Numbered from the stretch's first letter, positions 25,234 to 38,600 are shown. The stretch: DNA of 64,000 nucleotides from Paragordius varius (GCA_964247055.1 OZ176052.1:12400001-12464000), one strand, 5' to 3'. The notes: generated by a model from the sequence alone, not told the origin. A program made the numbers and translations.

Positions 25234-26880
25234 CAGGGCTTCATAAACTATGGGTCGCGATTCTTGGGGTCGCGTAGCAAAATTATGATGTCCCGAGTGA
25301 CAAAAATACAATTTAGCAAAAAATGTTTTTTAACTTGTAAAATTATTGTTATAAAGAAAAATAACAATCGGATAAAAATATCATAAAATCTTCTGGATCG
25401 GAAGGACTGTTTATATCAGCTTTTCTAAGATTATAATTATAATCTATATAAAAATAGAAAATGCTGGCTTTGTGATCTGTTTCCGGATAACCGGTAGACC
25501 CATTAAATCCAAATGTCAAAAAAATATAATCATTAATAAATGTCTCGATAGCTTCGCCCTTTTTTGAATTAGGCTCCCAGTTCGGGCCCACCCCGTGTAA
25601 AAAACGGTTTTTTTTGAAAACAGAAATCCAGAAAAATCGTGTCTTTGAGACAATTAGGACGTGTTGTACCTTTCGATTTCAAAATGATTATTTTTAATTT
25701 TTTTGGATTACGCCGAACCTAGTCGGCTTACTTTTTTAATTTAGGCTCTCTTTTTACCCGTTCCCCCCATAAAATGCCATTTTTTTAAAAAACTATATAA
25801 TTTTTTGCCCAGGGTATGAGACCGTTAAAATTTACTGAGGATTCGAGTTATTCTCTGTTAAAAAACAAAAATTTTAGTCTTGAGTTTGGCTGCTGGGTAA
25901 ACAGATAGCCGCTAAAACTGCGCCACTATATAGAAATTGCGTTGTTTTGGAGCTATTTTACAGAAAAATATGAAGCCATATGAGATCATTAAAAGATCGA
26001 AATATTACCCATAACTAGGTAATAAATTAAGGTCGGGTTTTTTTATTAGCCGTTAATTTGGGGCCTTTGTGCCCTAAAACGCCATCATATAACGATTATA
26101 TAGTGTTGAGGTATTTTTTCAATAACCCATGAGACGATGGTATCAAAGATGATTCCAAATATTTGCCCTATAAAGGCAAAGAGTTTAACTCAGCGCTTTT
26201 CCATGGGTAGGGTTTATCGGTGTAAAACTGAGACGCCATGCAAAAATAGCGTGGTTTTGGAGCCGATTAAAAAACTTAAGAATACATACGAGATCGGTTA
26301 AACACATTTGTAGGAAATTTGTATAATATCATTCTATCCTTTAAAAAGGGACCGCAAATGATTTTCTTTTTATATTTCAAATTAGAACTTTTAACCATGA
26401 TTTCGATCAAAAATTTCAAAATAAATCCAATGATAGTTAAATATTAACTTTATTAAAGGACAGATTAAATATGGTCTATTTCGAGTAAACAATATTTCAG
26501 CTTATGCAAAAACCCGTAAAAGAATAATTATAGACATTTTTTCTTAAATATGTTTATTATTTTTATCTCCATTAACTCTATTTATTGCAAATTATTTAGA
26601 ATAATTATCGGTGAGACTACGCCCCGACAGGTGACAGGGCCAGCTAGTATCTTGTATAAATTTACTATGAATCAGAAAATTTTATAGAAATTTATAAAAA
26701 ATGTAGATTTATTTTTGTCAATCACTCAAAACCGAAATAATGCTGATAAATATTATCAACAAAATTTCTGTTTCTATGTGTTACTTCGAAGAAACTATTA
26801 TTTTTCTTTTATATTTGTTGGGATGGTTAAAAAACTTGCAATCATAAATGGGGTCGGGAACTACAGTTTATGAAGCGCTG
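25234..26880. mobile_element. hAT-like MITE (~440 bp when empty) interrupted by a Helitron
   Basis: TIR CAGGGCTTCATAAACT / AGTTTATGAAGCGCTG; 8-bp TSD CTCTATAC/CTTTATAC; subterminal GGGTCG(C/G). Confidence 0.82.
25443..26647 (+). mobile_element. Non-autonomous Helitron (1205 bp)
   Basis: A|TCTATATAAAAAT 5' end; 3' hairpin GCCCCGACAGGTGACAGGGC followed by CAGCTAG|T; inserted between A and T without a TSD. Confidence 0.85.
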
Positions 26881-27495
26881 CTTTATACGCTTTCTCAGTA
26901 AAAAAAATTAAAAGGTAATAAACTTTTAAATATGAGGATGCAAAGTATACGTTATAAACAAGGATTCGTGAAAATTCATATATTTAAAAGTACAGAAATT
27001 CATAACACAAATGATCAAGCTGTAGATTATAAATTAATTAATATAACGACAACCCAAAAAGTCAATACAATTTAATGGGCTAATGGCAAACCTAAATTTA
27101 AAGCGAGAAGGTACCATCGATGTCGGAATAGTTTACCGATTAGCCCACTTGAAAGATTCATATTATAAATCAATTCGATTTTTTTAAAAAATAATTTTTT
27201 TATTCAATGAATATAACCCTACCTTTTCTATGAATGTTTTCCCGTAATAAAATGTTTCAGAGCTGCTAATTTCAAATATGTTAATGAATTTATTGCTAAC
27301 TATTCTATTTTGCAAATATTTGTACAATAATTATAATTTTGGTTCACATTTAAATTGCTATAATCTAATACCTATATAAACATAATTCAAAAAAGAGATT
27401 CATTCATATATTAATAAAAATATATACTTTGATGTAAAAATTGGCCCCTTTCGATACTATGCGCGCTACTTTAATATATAATATCATATTCTAGA

Positions 27496-30400
27496 TTATT
27501 GCAATTCTAGAGTCCCTTTAATTTTTTCCAGGTTTTGGTCCCCGTGTAAATCCTCCGATAATTGGAATAAAGGCTCCGAAAGATTCGATGTTTTATTTTC
27601 CGTGTTAGATTTTGCAGTTTTTCCACTGGCATTTTTATTCCACCGTCCAACCTTTTCCTTATCATAAAATAATTGTTTAAATTTGGACATTGAAGGCTTT
27701 TCTCCATTATTATGGATGCTGGTAACCACTTTAGAACCTACCCCATTTTCTAGGTTAGATTTTGCAAGCTAATTCAAATAAAAGTTATAAATAATGTCTG
27801 AATCATAAAAAATAACACATATTATTATAAGTGGAGTTTAAAAAATATAAGTGAGAAATTTATTAAACCGCCATTTACCAATTAAAAAGAAGCAAATAAT
27901 AACGCCAATCACATATTTGAATTCTTCTTAGCTAAAGCCTATAAAAACCCGGAATCCATATTTAATAACTTATGACAATGACATTGGGATGAAAAATAAA
28001 ATATATATGGCTTAAAAATGGCCATTTAAATTGAAGCTTTATAATAAAAACGATTTTTATAAAATATAATATACCGCTTCTTTGTGACTTTTGTTTATAT
28101 GTTCCCGTCTAAGTTTTGAACGTATCAGTACTATATATAAAAAAGGATTCGCAATTTTTGATGTATAAAATTTTTGATTTTTCTATAAAACATAAATTAA
28201 AAATTATGAATAAAAACTTACTTGTTAACAGAATGCCAAAAAGCAATGAAGCGCATAGCAAGAGATTAGCCGCAAACACCGATCTAATATCCATCAATTT
28301 TCCCATCCCGATTGTAAAAATAATCCCAAAAATCTACAATAATCAATTATTTCGATATAATTCTTTTAGTTGATCTAAGGTTTTACATAAGGTTTTAGGT
28401 ATTATATAATAAAAATTTAGATATTTGTTTAGTTGACAACATAAAAAAATATAAGCAAATGCCAATTGCAAATACATCAAGAATTAGATTTGCCATTAAT
28501 GTTTGTTGTCTGTTACACAAATTTAACATTAAATAAGAATGAAATTTTTATTCAAAGATATAATGCTTTCATCGTGTAAAATGTAATGAAAAAACCTGTG
28601 CTGAAGCATTCAAAAGACCTGAGGAGATTTCGGCGGAATGTGGATAAGTTATTTCGGCTGCAAATTCAAATCCAACCGGCAAATAACCGTTCATAAAAAA
28701 TCTGTAAAAATATTTATAAAATATTGGCATCTAAATCAAGGGTGTCTAACACGCGGCATATACAATTTCACAAAATCTATGTAAAATTAATTTGGTTAAA
28801 CAAATTTTATGAATAAATCTTTTCGAATTTCGGCAATAGCAGTAATTATAGTCTTATTTTAATATCAAATAAAATATCCATAATTTTGCGAATATGGCCG
28901 GTCGGATTTTTCGATCCAAAAATGGGGCTTGAAAAGCCCTTTGTGTGTTTGAACACCCCTGATCTAAATTCTAATAAAACTCAATGCAAAATTCGTAATC
29001 TCAAACACGGGTAGTTAATTTTTGAAATTTAATAAAATTATCACAATTTAGTTATTTACAAATTTTTATGGGGGGCTTAAAAAATTTAGGATTTTTCTAA
29101 AAAAATATTTAAACGATTGACAATCTGACTTGAATAAAAAAAAATAGATAAATATTCATTTTCTCAAGAAAAACTTTGGGTTAATTAGCAAAAAAGTTGT
29201 TTTACCCCAAAAATCCAATGTTTACAAACACAAGCCAAAGCATCCCATTATTTAGCGTAAAGGTGAAACATATAGTAAATACAAGGCTCAATATATTGAT
29301 TATCATAGTTGTGGATCTAAAACAAATCAAAAAAGAGCATATTAAACAACATAAAAAATTCTACAAACCCAAATTTAAATATTTTTATTACAATTTTGAC
29401 ATTATAAAATTTGAAAAAATTAAATATTGAATTACTTGAAAGCTTTAGTCTTATCCAGCCATAAGCCAGCGACAATGGCTCCTAACAAGCCTGTGAGTAT
29501 CATAGTTAAACCAATTCGACCAACATTCATTTCTTGTCCCTTAGAATTTACGAAAAAAATATTTTTCCATTTACAATGATTTATTATTTTTTAAACATAA
29601 GTTTGGGTTTTTGACCCTTTAAAACAGGGGCGTCCAATATAAATGACTTTTCAGGCCGCATTTTTAGCTCAAAAATTACGACGAGCGCATTCGATATATA
29701 TTTTGGCATTCAAAAATAATTTATTAGAACAAACATAAGACTTCACAAAGAAAACGGAATGAAAAAATTTTCTCGTTCTTTCTTGGATAAAATTATTTAG
29801 AAAAAAATTGCCTATGGAATATCAATTTCACTACCATTTTGTGAATATGTTTATAGATTCCAATTTTGCGGTTCGCATGTTGTCCACCCCTGGTTTAACA
29901 TAACAATATAACCAAAAAAGCAAAAAGTATGTTCTAACAACCAGTCAAATCGATTTTAGATTAACAAAAAAAAATTGTAATATTAATATAATATCTTAAA
30001 ATTTTTTGATCATGACTGATCTAAGCCAATCTTCTTCTTTTTGAAAGCAACATAAATAATTTTCAATTTCAATTCCATATTAAATAACTTACCGGATAAT
30101 GTCGCAAAATTATTTGATTCAACAAGGTGGAAATGGCATAATAGTTTCCAGTGATTATTCCTAAAGTATGGTAGTAATAATTTAGAGGACATTTAAAAAG
30201 GAAATATTTATTAAAATATTTGTTATATTTCTATAAGTTTAATTACTCTTTTTCTGAACTCGTCGTCCAAAAAAATAGTTATTTTTCCATATTATGTTAA
30301 ACTTAATACTATGACAAAACATTATTTATAAAAACAAAATATTTAAATACTTAATCATTATTAAGTGGATCAATTTAAACAGCGAATTTGAAACAAATGA

Positions 30401-32892
30401 ACTTTGTTCTTAACTGTATATCAACTAGAGCCCAAGTTTCTAATGCTTTTTTAATTGAAATTCGATTTAAAAATGTTTTTATTAAAATTAGGTGAGTGGT
30501 TTTTACTATATACCTTACATAGTGTAATAGATTTGAACATGTTATAAAATCATTTTTTGGATGTTTCGTTATTTTAATTTTTAATTATATGAGAAGCCTT
30601 TTTTACAGTGTTAACGAATAATTTATAAATTATTGCAATAAAGGTGGATATACCTTATCTAATATATTAAAAATTTCAATTTATTCCAAAAAAATCTCTA
30701 GGATTCAATGGCATATTAACATCATGATTGGTTTAATTAAAGAAAAATAACTAAATAACTATATGCAAATTTTTAGATATCAAGAAAATAAGTAAAGTTA
30801 TATTGAAAAATCATTTCAACTAAAAACGAAAAATAGGGCGTTTCAAAAGCAATATTAATCAGCATAAAATTTCTTAGCATAAATGAATTGGTAAAATAAA
30901 AAAAACAATTAACTAAGAAACTCACTTTAGCAAAGAATAAAAAGAATTAACTTTCTATCGACTAACAAAATAACAAAAACGAAATACACTCGACAATGTT
31001 TCACACATTGATTTCTATATGTTCATTTGATTTAACCAAAACTATCTTATTAAATTATAAGCACAAAATAATAACTTATACCATAAGTGAAAAAAAGCAG
31101 CATAAAGTTCCGACTTTTAAACATGCTCAGGAGAGAATGTTTGAAATTGATTCCTTTATAAGCATCGTGGACTGATAAGGCATATTCGGCAGCAGATGGT
31201 GGAGTTTTGGGTTGTCGTTTAAAAACTAAAGGTATGAATAAATTGCACAAAAAATTATCAAAACTATCTATAGCCCATAAAAATTAGGTTATAAAATATA
31301 ATGAAAGTTTAAGTAAATATTTTTTTGAAATTTAAATTTCACGGGTTAATTTATTATTTTTTGGATAATCTAGCCCCGATTCCACTTAAACATAGTTTAA
31401 AAAGGAAAAAAATGATTATTTCCTAAATTATTAGATTTAGATTGTATTGTGCACACCATTTTATATTTCCCAATAAAACAAATTATAATACTTTCGTTAA
31501 TTTCAGACAATATAAATTTTAGTTATGTAGAAATTACAAATATATATAAATTCTAAAATAATATAATCTTAATTTACCAGTCACAATCATAATGAAAACA
31601 AGCGTGGAAAATATCGCGACACCATAAAATAAATTTCGGAGGCCAGCTTGGATTTGATAAGTATTACCATGAGGCACAACAATGGAAGGAATTAAAAAAC
31701 CCAAAGCGACCCCTACCTAAAAAACCATAAAAAAAATTAAAAAAAATGTTTAAAGAATTATACTAAATCGTTTTATAAATAATTAATTACACCAAAACTT
31801 TTAGTATTTTTATTTTCTTATTAAATAGCAACATTTAAAACTGGTGATAGTGCTAAAAAATAATATATAATATTTTTGATAATTAATTAAGATATAAGGT
31901 TTCAGGCAATGAAAGATTAACCAAGTTAATCCATAATATATCATCTGTAAATTTTGGGTTATAATAGATAAATGCTTATTTATTTCCTAGTCCTAAATCT
32001 GTCTATGTTAAAAAATATTGGGTATGTATAGATAATCCTTTTTTTCAAAAATATATGTTTTATATTACAAAAAATCTTTTTTGTACATATTTCGTGTCAC
32101 AATTAATTTATTGATTGATTAATTGGAGAGAGAGGAAAAGCAAAAACAGGAAAATAAGGATTATAACAAGAGGAACAACATGCATATTATTCCAACCAAT
32201 CCCAGCATATATATATGGGAGACAAATTATCAGATAACAAATAGATATGCAAGGTTACATTTTTTGTTGCCTTTGGCTTAAAATGCTTATAATATTTAAA
32301 AACACAAATACTAAAAATTAGGACACATATCATTTAATCCCTAGGGAAATCAAATAAAAATATATCTAGATAAATTTTGTAATTAAATTTAAACCTGATT
32401 TCCGAAAACACCGATCGCACAAGCGGTCGAAACTTCGTCATGACCGAACCAAGTTGCGGCCAATTTAGAGGGAATGTTAAGGACAAAAAGTTGAGCAATT
32501 GCGCAGATAGTTTGACCTAACATAGTGACCCAAAATAGATTGGGATTTAAGCTTCCACACTTTATCCATGCACCTAAAACGTTTAGCAAAGCCCCAATAA
32601 TGGCGCATTCTTTGAGACCTCTCACGTTCAATAACCATGAAGCAGGTACGATAAAGGGTATATAAACAGCCATATATATCATGGAGAGCCAATCGATTTC
32701 CCTGGGCGATTTGCCATAATATTCGGATATAATATTAGTTATAATACTATATTCAATCCATTGAAATGCATTTATCATGGAATAAAGAGTAAATATGGAT
32801 AAAATAATGTATCTTCTGGCATATAATTTGGTTTGATAGGATGTTGGATTGATTATAACAGGATGACTTTTGGTTAAGGATTCCGATTTCAT
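27496..32892 (-). CDS. FLVCR: FLVCR-family MFS heme/choline-ethanolamine transporter, 10 exons
   Basis: [83 protein letters not shown]|[10 protein letters not shown]..|F...PKTPPS..|[18 protein letters not shown]|[16 protein letters not shown]|..|[30 protein letters not shown]|IFGII.. Confidence 0.93.
28737..28961. mobile_element. hAT MITE (225 bp) in an FLVCR intron
   Basis: CAAGGGTGTC...GAACACCCCTG; perfect 8-bp TSD ATCTAAAT. Confidence 0.85.
29625..29892. mobile_element. hAT MITE in an FLVCR intron
   Basis: CAGGGGCGTCCAA...TTGTCCACCCCTG; flanks CTTTAAAA/GTTTAACA. Confidence 0.7.
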
Positions 32893-32969
32893 TGTCAACT
32901 TTAAAAGCTACTTCACCACATGTTGCTTTACATGTTCATACTAACACATGTTTGCTAACCTGGTTTTCC
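32893..32969. promoter_or_regulatory. 77-bp divergent intergenic segment (candidate bidirectional promoter or overlapping 5'UTRs)
   Basis: Lies between the FLVCR ATG (32892, -) and the senju-like ATG (32970, +); contains ACATGT three times (32918, 32930, 32946). Confidence 0.55.
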
Positions 32970-35265
32970 ATGAATTTAGGTTTTTTCAAAGATTTGTTCC
33001 CCACAAAATTAACTTTTTTTATTTTTGTTACATATATGGCCCTATTTATAAACCATGGATTGCTTATAACTGCCACTAAATCGGGTAAACATAGTTATGA
33101 TTATGATCCAAACATAATCGTATTAATCACGGAATATGTCAAATTATTAGCATCAATCCTTATTTATGTTAGAAAGTAAAGCCTTAAATCTAATTATATA
33201 GACAAAGTTTTCATAGTTTATGGATTCAATGCCTCACACATAGAGATGGTTAACATTTTAATATTTATTTTAGTGCTGTTGAAATATTTTATCCCAGCTT
33301 TTCTTTACTGTTTATACAACAATTTGCAATTCAGTAATTTGGCACATTACGATCCCACCACCTATTTTGTCCTCTTACAATTTAGAGTTGTGGTCACTGG
33401 TATTATATATCAGGTATGTACAGAGCAATATATTTGTTAGTTAGTTTTTATAGAAATGATTCTTTTGAGAAATGGACTCGAAATTTATATTGATTAAAAA
33501 ATAATTTAAGGATTAACTGTTTCTTTTACTTTTGCATAATATACTTTTATATATTACATATGTTAGATTTTATTTAATCGCAAATTAACCAAAACTCAAT
33601 GGATTTCGCTCTGTATTTTAACCGCGGGGTGTTTAATTAAACAAGCTAAACCTCCAGTTTCTAACATAGATGCCTCTCATATTAACACAAATAGCGTATC
33701 GCTATTTACGTTTCTCTCCACCATATTTGCTCATTTGGGACATATTTTTCGGTTTGATAGCGGAATTATATTTGTCCTTATTCAGGTTATAACTGGTGTT
33801 TTTATTCCTGATTAATTGATTTAGTTTTTGTGATTCGGTTGAATTATGTGTTTTATGTTGCTTCAATTTATTCATCTTAGTTTAACCTTTAGTAAGGAAC
33901 AAAAGATATGTTATTTGATTTAAACACTATCGATATTTTCCGGTAGTTTGAAAATATTTGATATATTTTACTTTTACCTTATATATATAATTGTATTAAT
34001 AATTAGTTCAACTTTATGCGCAATTAGTCTTATTTTTTTGCTTGAGATATGTTATATTTTTTTATTTAATAATTTATATAAACCACTTATATAAATTATA
34101 CAATATAAGCTATAGGGTTTTATCGAAAATATTAACTGATGTTTCTCTTTATTAAACAATAATTAAAATACGTAATAAAATCATAACCATATTTTTAAGC
34201 TTGGTATATGTTAATTTTTCTAAAATGAGCAGATTACACGTTTTCTTAGTTTCTACAGGTGCTTTATATCATTTATTCTTTACACCACTAACTTTATAAA
34301 AATTTCATTGTTGGTTATATATATATTAGATCCTTTGCTCATGTTTTGCTGGAGTTTACAATGAACTTTTGCTCAAAAATAAAACTAATTCTTCTTCCAA
34401 CAAATGTTCTACGCATCCGCTTGGCCAAAACCATAAAAAGATTGGTGACGACGATTTTAACGCTCAACGATCTGTGCTACTTAATGGTATAAAAAGTTCT
34501 GATACATTTCTTGATAATTCTTTGGCAAATGGACAAGTTTCAAACACTCTCAATCAAATCTTAATTCATGATTCGCATTCTTGTTTAAGTGCTTCCGAAA
34601 CTGATGAAAAGTTTGATAAAACTAAACTTTTGAATGGTGTACATAATCAAAATATGATATCTCAAAACGATAAAAACAACATTGAGGATGTTAGCACAGA
34701 AACACCAATTATGATACAAAATGTATTTATGTACCTTGATTCTATCATATGTAATTACTTATATTTTATAGTTTTCCGCCTTTTTTTCAGCAGGGCGGAA
34801 GATTCGTTTAACTCTACTGATAGGGCCTCTGCAATTTTAGCTTACCCCGCACGTGAATTAATTTTACCCACTGGAATTAATATTAATTCTACTTTTATAT
34901 CTCCAGATCTTTTCTTAAATACAAATAATATTACTACTCAGCATACTTCGTCTTTCTACAGTAAAAAAGATGCGACTAATATCATAAATCCTGTGGCCAT
35001 ATTACATATGTTTAGCAGTGATTTTCGCCTTTTTTTCGTAGTGCTAAATGGGGCAGCTATTGGTTTAGTTACGAGTTTTTTCCTTAAATACCTCAACTCT
35101 ATCCTGAAAAACTTCGCTTCGGCCTTGGAAATTATATTTACGGCAATTTTAGCAAAGCTTATTTTGGGCATTCCCGCTGGTGGAATTTACACGTTTGTGG
35201 CCACGATACTTGTCTTTTATTCAGTGTGGTTATATTCTCGAAATCCTGTTAAAACTTCTACTTAA
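32970..35265 (+). CDS. senju: Nucleotide-sugar transporter, senju/SLC35A4-like (exons 32970-33175, 33202-33248, 33274-33413, 33567-33785, 34330-35265)
   Basis: MNLGFFKDLFPTKLTFFIFVTYMALFINHG..LITEYVKL..|..|VLLKYFIPAFLYCLYNNLQF.NL..YDPTTY..LLQFRVVVTGIIYQ|ILFNRKL...QWISL..|..SCFAGVYNELLLK...IQNVFMYLDSIICN...GLVTSFFLKYLNSILKNFASALE. This closely follows the Drosophila senju sequence as I recall it. Confidence 0.9.
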
Positions 35266-35505
35266 AACTTAAATTCCTCCTTATTTATGAGTTTTATTAA
35301 TTTATTTATTTGCAAAATTGCAATATTTACCCACATTTCTCATTTCATAGTAATTGTATATAATGTTTTGTTACAAATTTTTATAGGTTACTTTTCATCT
35401 AAATTATATTTAATTCCTCTAATGATTTATACCAAACCAAAGAATTTTTAATGTACAACATTGTTTAAATATATGTATATTATATGTAACCAAAGAATTA
35501 TATTT

Positions 35506-35509
<4 letters not shown>

Positions 35510-35536
<27 letters not shown>
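35510..35536. repeat. (TA)n microsatellite
   Basis: Direct reading; others at ~43065-43086, 44192-44212, 45438-45468, 59005-59020, 59359-59378. Confidence 0.9.
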
Positions 35537-35540
<4 letters not shown>

Positions 35541-35668
35541 AATTTCACAATTTTTTTGTAGATACAACAAAAATAAAGTTCAATAAATTTGTTTAAAAAT
35601 AATTTAGTTCAATTTTTTTGATATTTGCATTGCTGTCATTATCAACAATACTGTTTTTTTCAAGCGTT

Positions 35669-38600
35669 TTAGTCATATGGTTCAAAAGGCCAGGGCGTTG
35701 TAGTAGGTGGCGTATAATTGCATCTCCTTCGTTGAACACTGGCTCCAATACAAAAGTTTGCACTAATAACAACAAAAACTGTATAGTTTTGATTTATCTA
35801 AAATACTCCATACCTTAGTGTTATTCAAATACGATCTTTGCGTAATAAACAAATACTAACAAGGTAAAAAATAATTGCCTAATTGTCTATCTACCTATTA
35901 GCAATACTATAATTAAATCGTTAAAGTTATATGAAAACTAAAGTTAAGTTAGGGGATTACACGGTCCGCAGCAAAAATAATAAGTTTTTATAATTTATGA
36001 CGACAAAATGGGATTTTTTAGCTATTCATGAAAATTTTTCTGAGACCCCCGGAAAAATATAAAATCTTTGTTTATAATATTTTGCGTTATCCTTATGCTA
36101 TATTAAAATAAATAAAATTTAGTTGACACGTTTTCATCCATTGTATTTAATTTTATTTGACCTAATATGCTAAAAAAGCGATTTTTTTATATTGGCTAAA
36201 ATAGCAGATAATTAAAATAATTATTTTTTCTTATATTTTAACCGCATATATAGTTTTGATATTCATTATCATAAGGCTTTCTATCGAATGATATTTAATT
36301 CATTAACCTTTAATTTTTAATCCACATTTTTCCCGGGTGTTAGAATATGAATATCAGAATCAAGGATTATATATCCTTAGCTAACTTAATACATTAATAA
36401 CTTTATTGTTATTTTCAATGTTAATATATAAAGGGTATTATTTATTTAACACATTCCACCGTCCCTCTAGTAAATCGTTAAAAACTTATTTAATATAAAA
36501 TGTTTTAGCGTTAAAAAAATATTGCTTACACATTTTCACAACTCCCTGGCATAATTAAAACTTATTGATATAAAACCAATTTAAACAAATTCGACATACT
36601 TTTCATTTATACACTTTCTTCTTCTGAATTGTGTATTGAAATAAGAACAGGGTTCCCAGCTACCCCAGGCGCCCCATCCGATAAGGTGTGAATATAAACT
36701 GATTACTTGCTCCTTACTTTGGCATACACCCCGAAAGCAAATCTGAATAAATATTGTACACATGAGTTTTCCAGAGGTTTAATTGAATATTTTTAAACAG
36801 AGATTAGGTAATTACGAATGAACACACAATATATCCCGTTTTTATATTATATTAAAGCTAATGTTTTCCCGGTCACTTTGTCAAACAGAGTAATTAAAAG
36901 AGACCTTATTGAAACAATTTATATTTTAGCGTTAAATACCCAAAATCAATCATTCCGGCTATCATTTTATTAATGGCCTATAAAGGAAAAAAATACAATC
37001 AAAATTAAAAGCAAATATGTGTAATTACATTGGCCATTTTGTGTGGTATTAAAATGGTATAATTTGAGCCATATGTTATGCAAGGTGTGCCTTCCAAAGT
37101 TACTGTATTTGTAGAAATTATATTTTTATAATGATCTTGACAGACGAGATTGCTGCAATTCGATAACTATATAAATAATATGAGAATTTGTCGTTTATAT
37201 TATATATATATAACAAATATGTTTTAGGCCATGGCAAAAAATATTTAACATAAAGTACGCGAAATTCGCGATTTTTGATCTGGAGTAAATATGAAACAGT
37301 TGATAACCTTGTTTTGTTTATACTCGTTAAGCCCAAAGCTAAAGCACGATAAGAACTGTGATATTTTATAAACCGAATATATTTTATAAGAGTTTAGCCC
37401 CTTATTTTTGGTCGATAGCAGGTAATAGGCAGGATGAGTTCAAAAAAATGCTTTAATAAAAACTTGAGATGCAATTTTAGCCGTTTCCACACCTGTGTTA
37501 ATCAAACATTGTTGGTCAAACAAGTGATAACCAGGAAGTGCATTGGGAATAATCAATGGAAAATTTTCATGGTTTGCCATTAAACAGTGAATAGACGATG
37601 AACTACATGCATTTTTTGAAATAGTTAATTTGAATTATGTTACATAAAAATTATATGCATTTTATGAGAAAATCCGTTGAGGGTAAAAGGTTTGGAACTC
37701 GCCTAAAGTAGACTTTGGGAAAATTTTTTTGCTTAGATATTTTTTATTCAGCTAATATATTTTTAAAAAGATTTTGCCTTAAAATTTAAACTAACGTATA
37801 AAAAAACAGCAACCTAACAAATTTGATTATCTCTTGCCGGCTACAATTTGACCATTCAAGCATTTGTGCATTGGATGCTTCGTAATGCATGAGGCCTCGG
37901 TCTGCTTCTCCCCTGCATTCGGTTTCCATGTCGTGTTTGACGTTCATTCTTATGGAATAAATTATTTTAAATGAAATTTTGGGTTAAAATATTTAAGCAA
38001 GTTTTGAGCTCAAACAAAAATGTTTAATATTTACAAATGTCCCAACTCATGAGCTATAGTAATCGCTGTGTCAAAGCCTTCATCAAGGACAACCATTGCG
38101 CTCAATGAAGGAATACATAAAGTGTTTATTTCACTATATCCAACAATACCTAAACTTTTAAGTGATAAGACATAAATATATCCTTGCATTATGTCATGTA
38201 TCAATTTTAATATCAAATTTATCTAAAATAAACGAATGATACTTTTGTTGTGATTTCGTCTCATCCTTCTACAAAATAAGTTGGTAAAAATTAAATATTA
38301 TATCCACATATTAGTTAAAACTTTTAAATAGTACACTTGTTTTGTATTATTAATTTCAGAGAACTGCCGTTTTAAGGACTTGAAAACCAGATTCTTGGGA
38401 ATTTTATAACGGTTTAAACTTTAAAGTGTTTAAATGGTTTTTTTCAGTGAAGTTTTTAATATCGTAAAATCCCTTCTTTATTCTTAATCGTATTTTTTGA
38501 TCTAACACTATAGAAAAGTAGAAATGACATTTTAACTCACATTTATTTAAAAGGAAGAGTTTTACAGATTATCCTTGCTTATTATATTATTATTGCGTTT

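Noticed and set aside
32892-32969. N-terminal extension MSTLKATSPHVALHVHTNTCLLTWFS of ORF 32892-33179
   Set aside because: It starts at TTG and overlaps the FLVCR start; homology begins at the ATG at 32970.
37250-37350. ORF 37118-37336 as an additional ADAMTS exon
   Set aside because: The flanking exons (37465-37612 and 37030-37166) join in phase and match the paralog without it.
38222-38241. Candidate 20-nt intron GTATCATTCGTTTATTTTAG in the minus ADAMTS gene
   Set aside because: Using it gives an in-frame stop (NKFDIKIDT*); the ~90-nt intron to the SIVGYS exon fits the paralog better.
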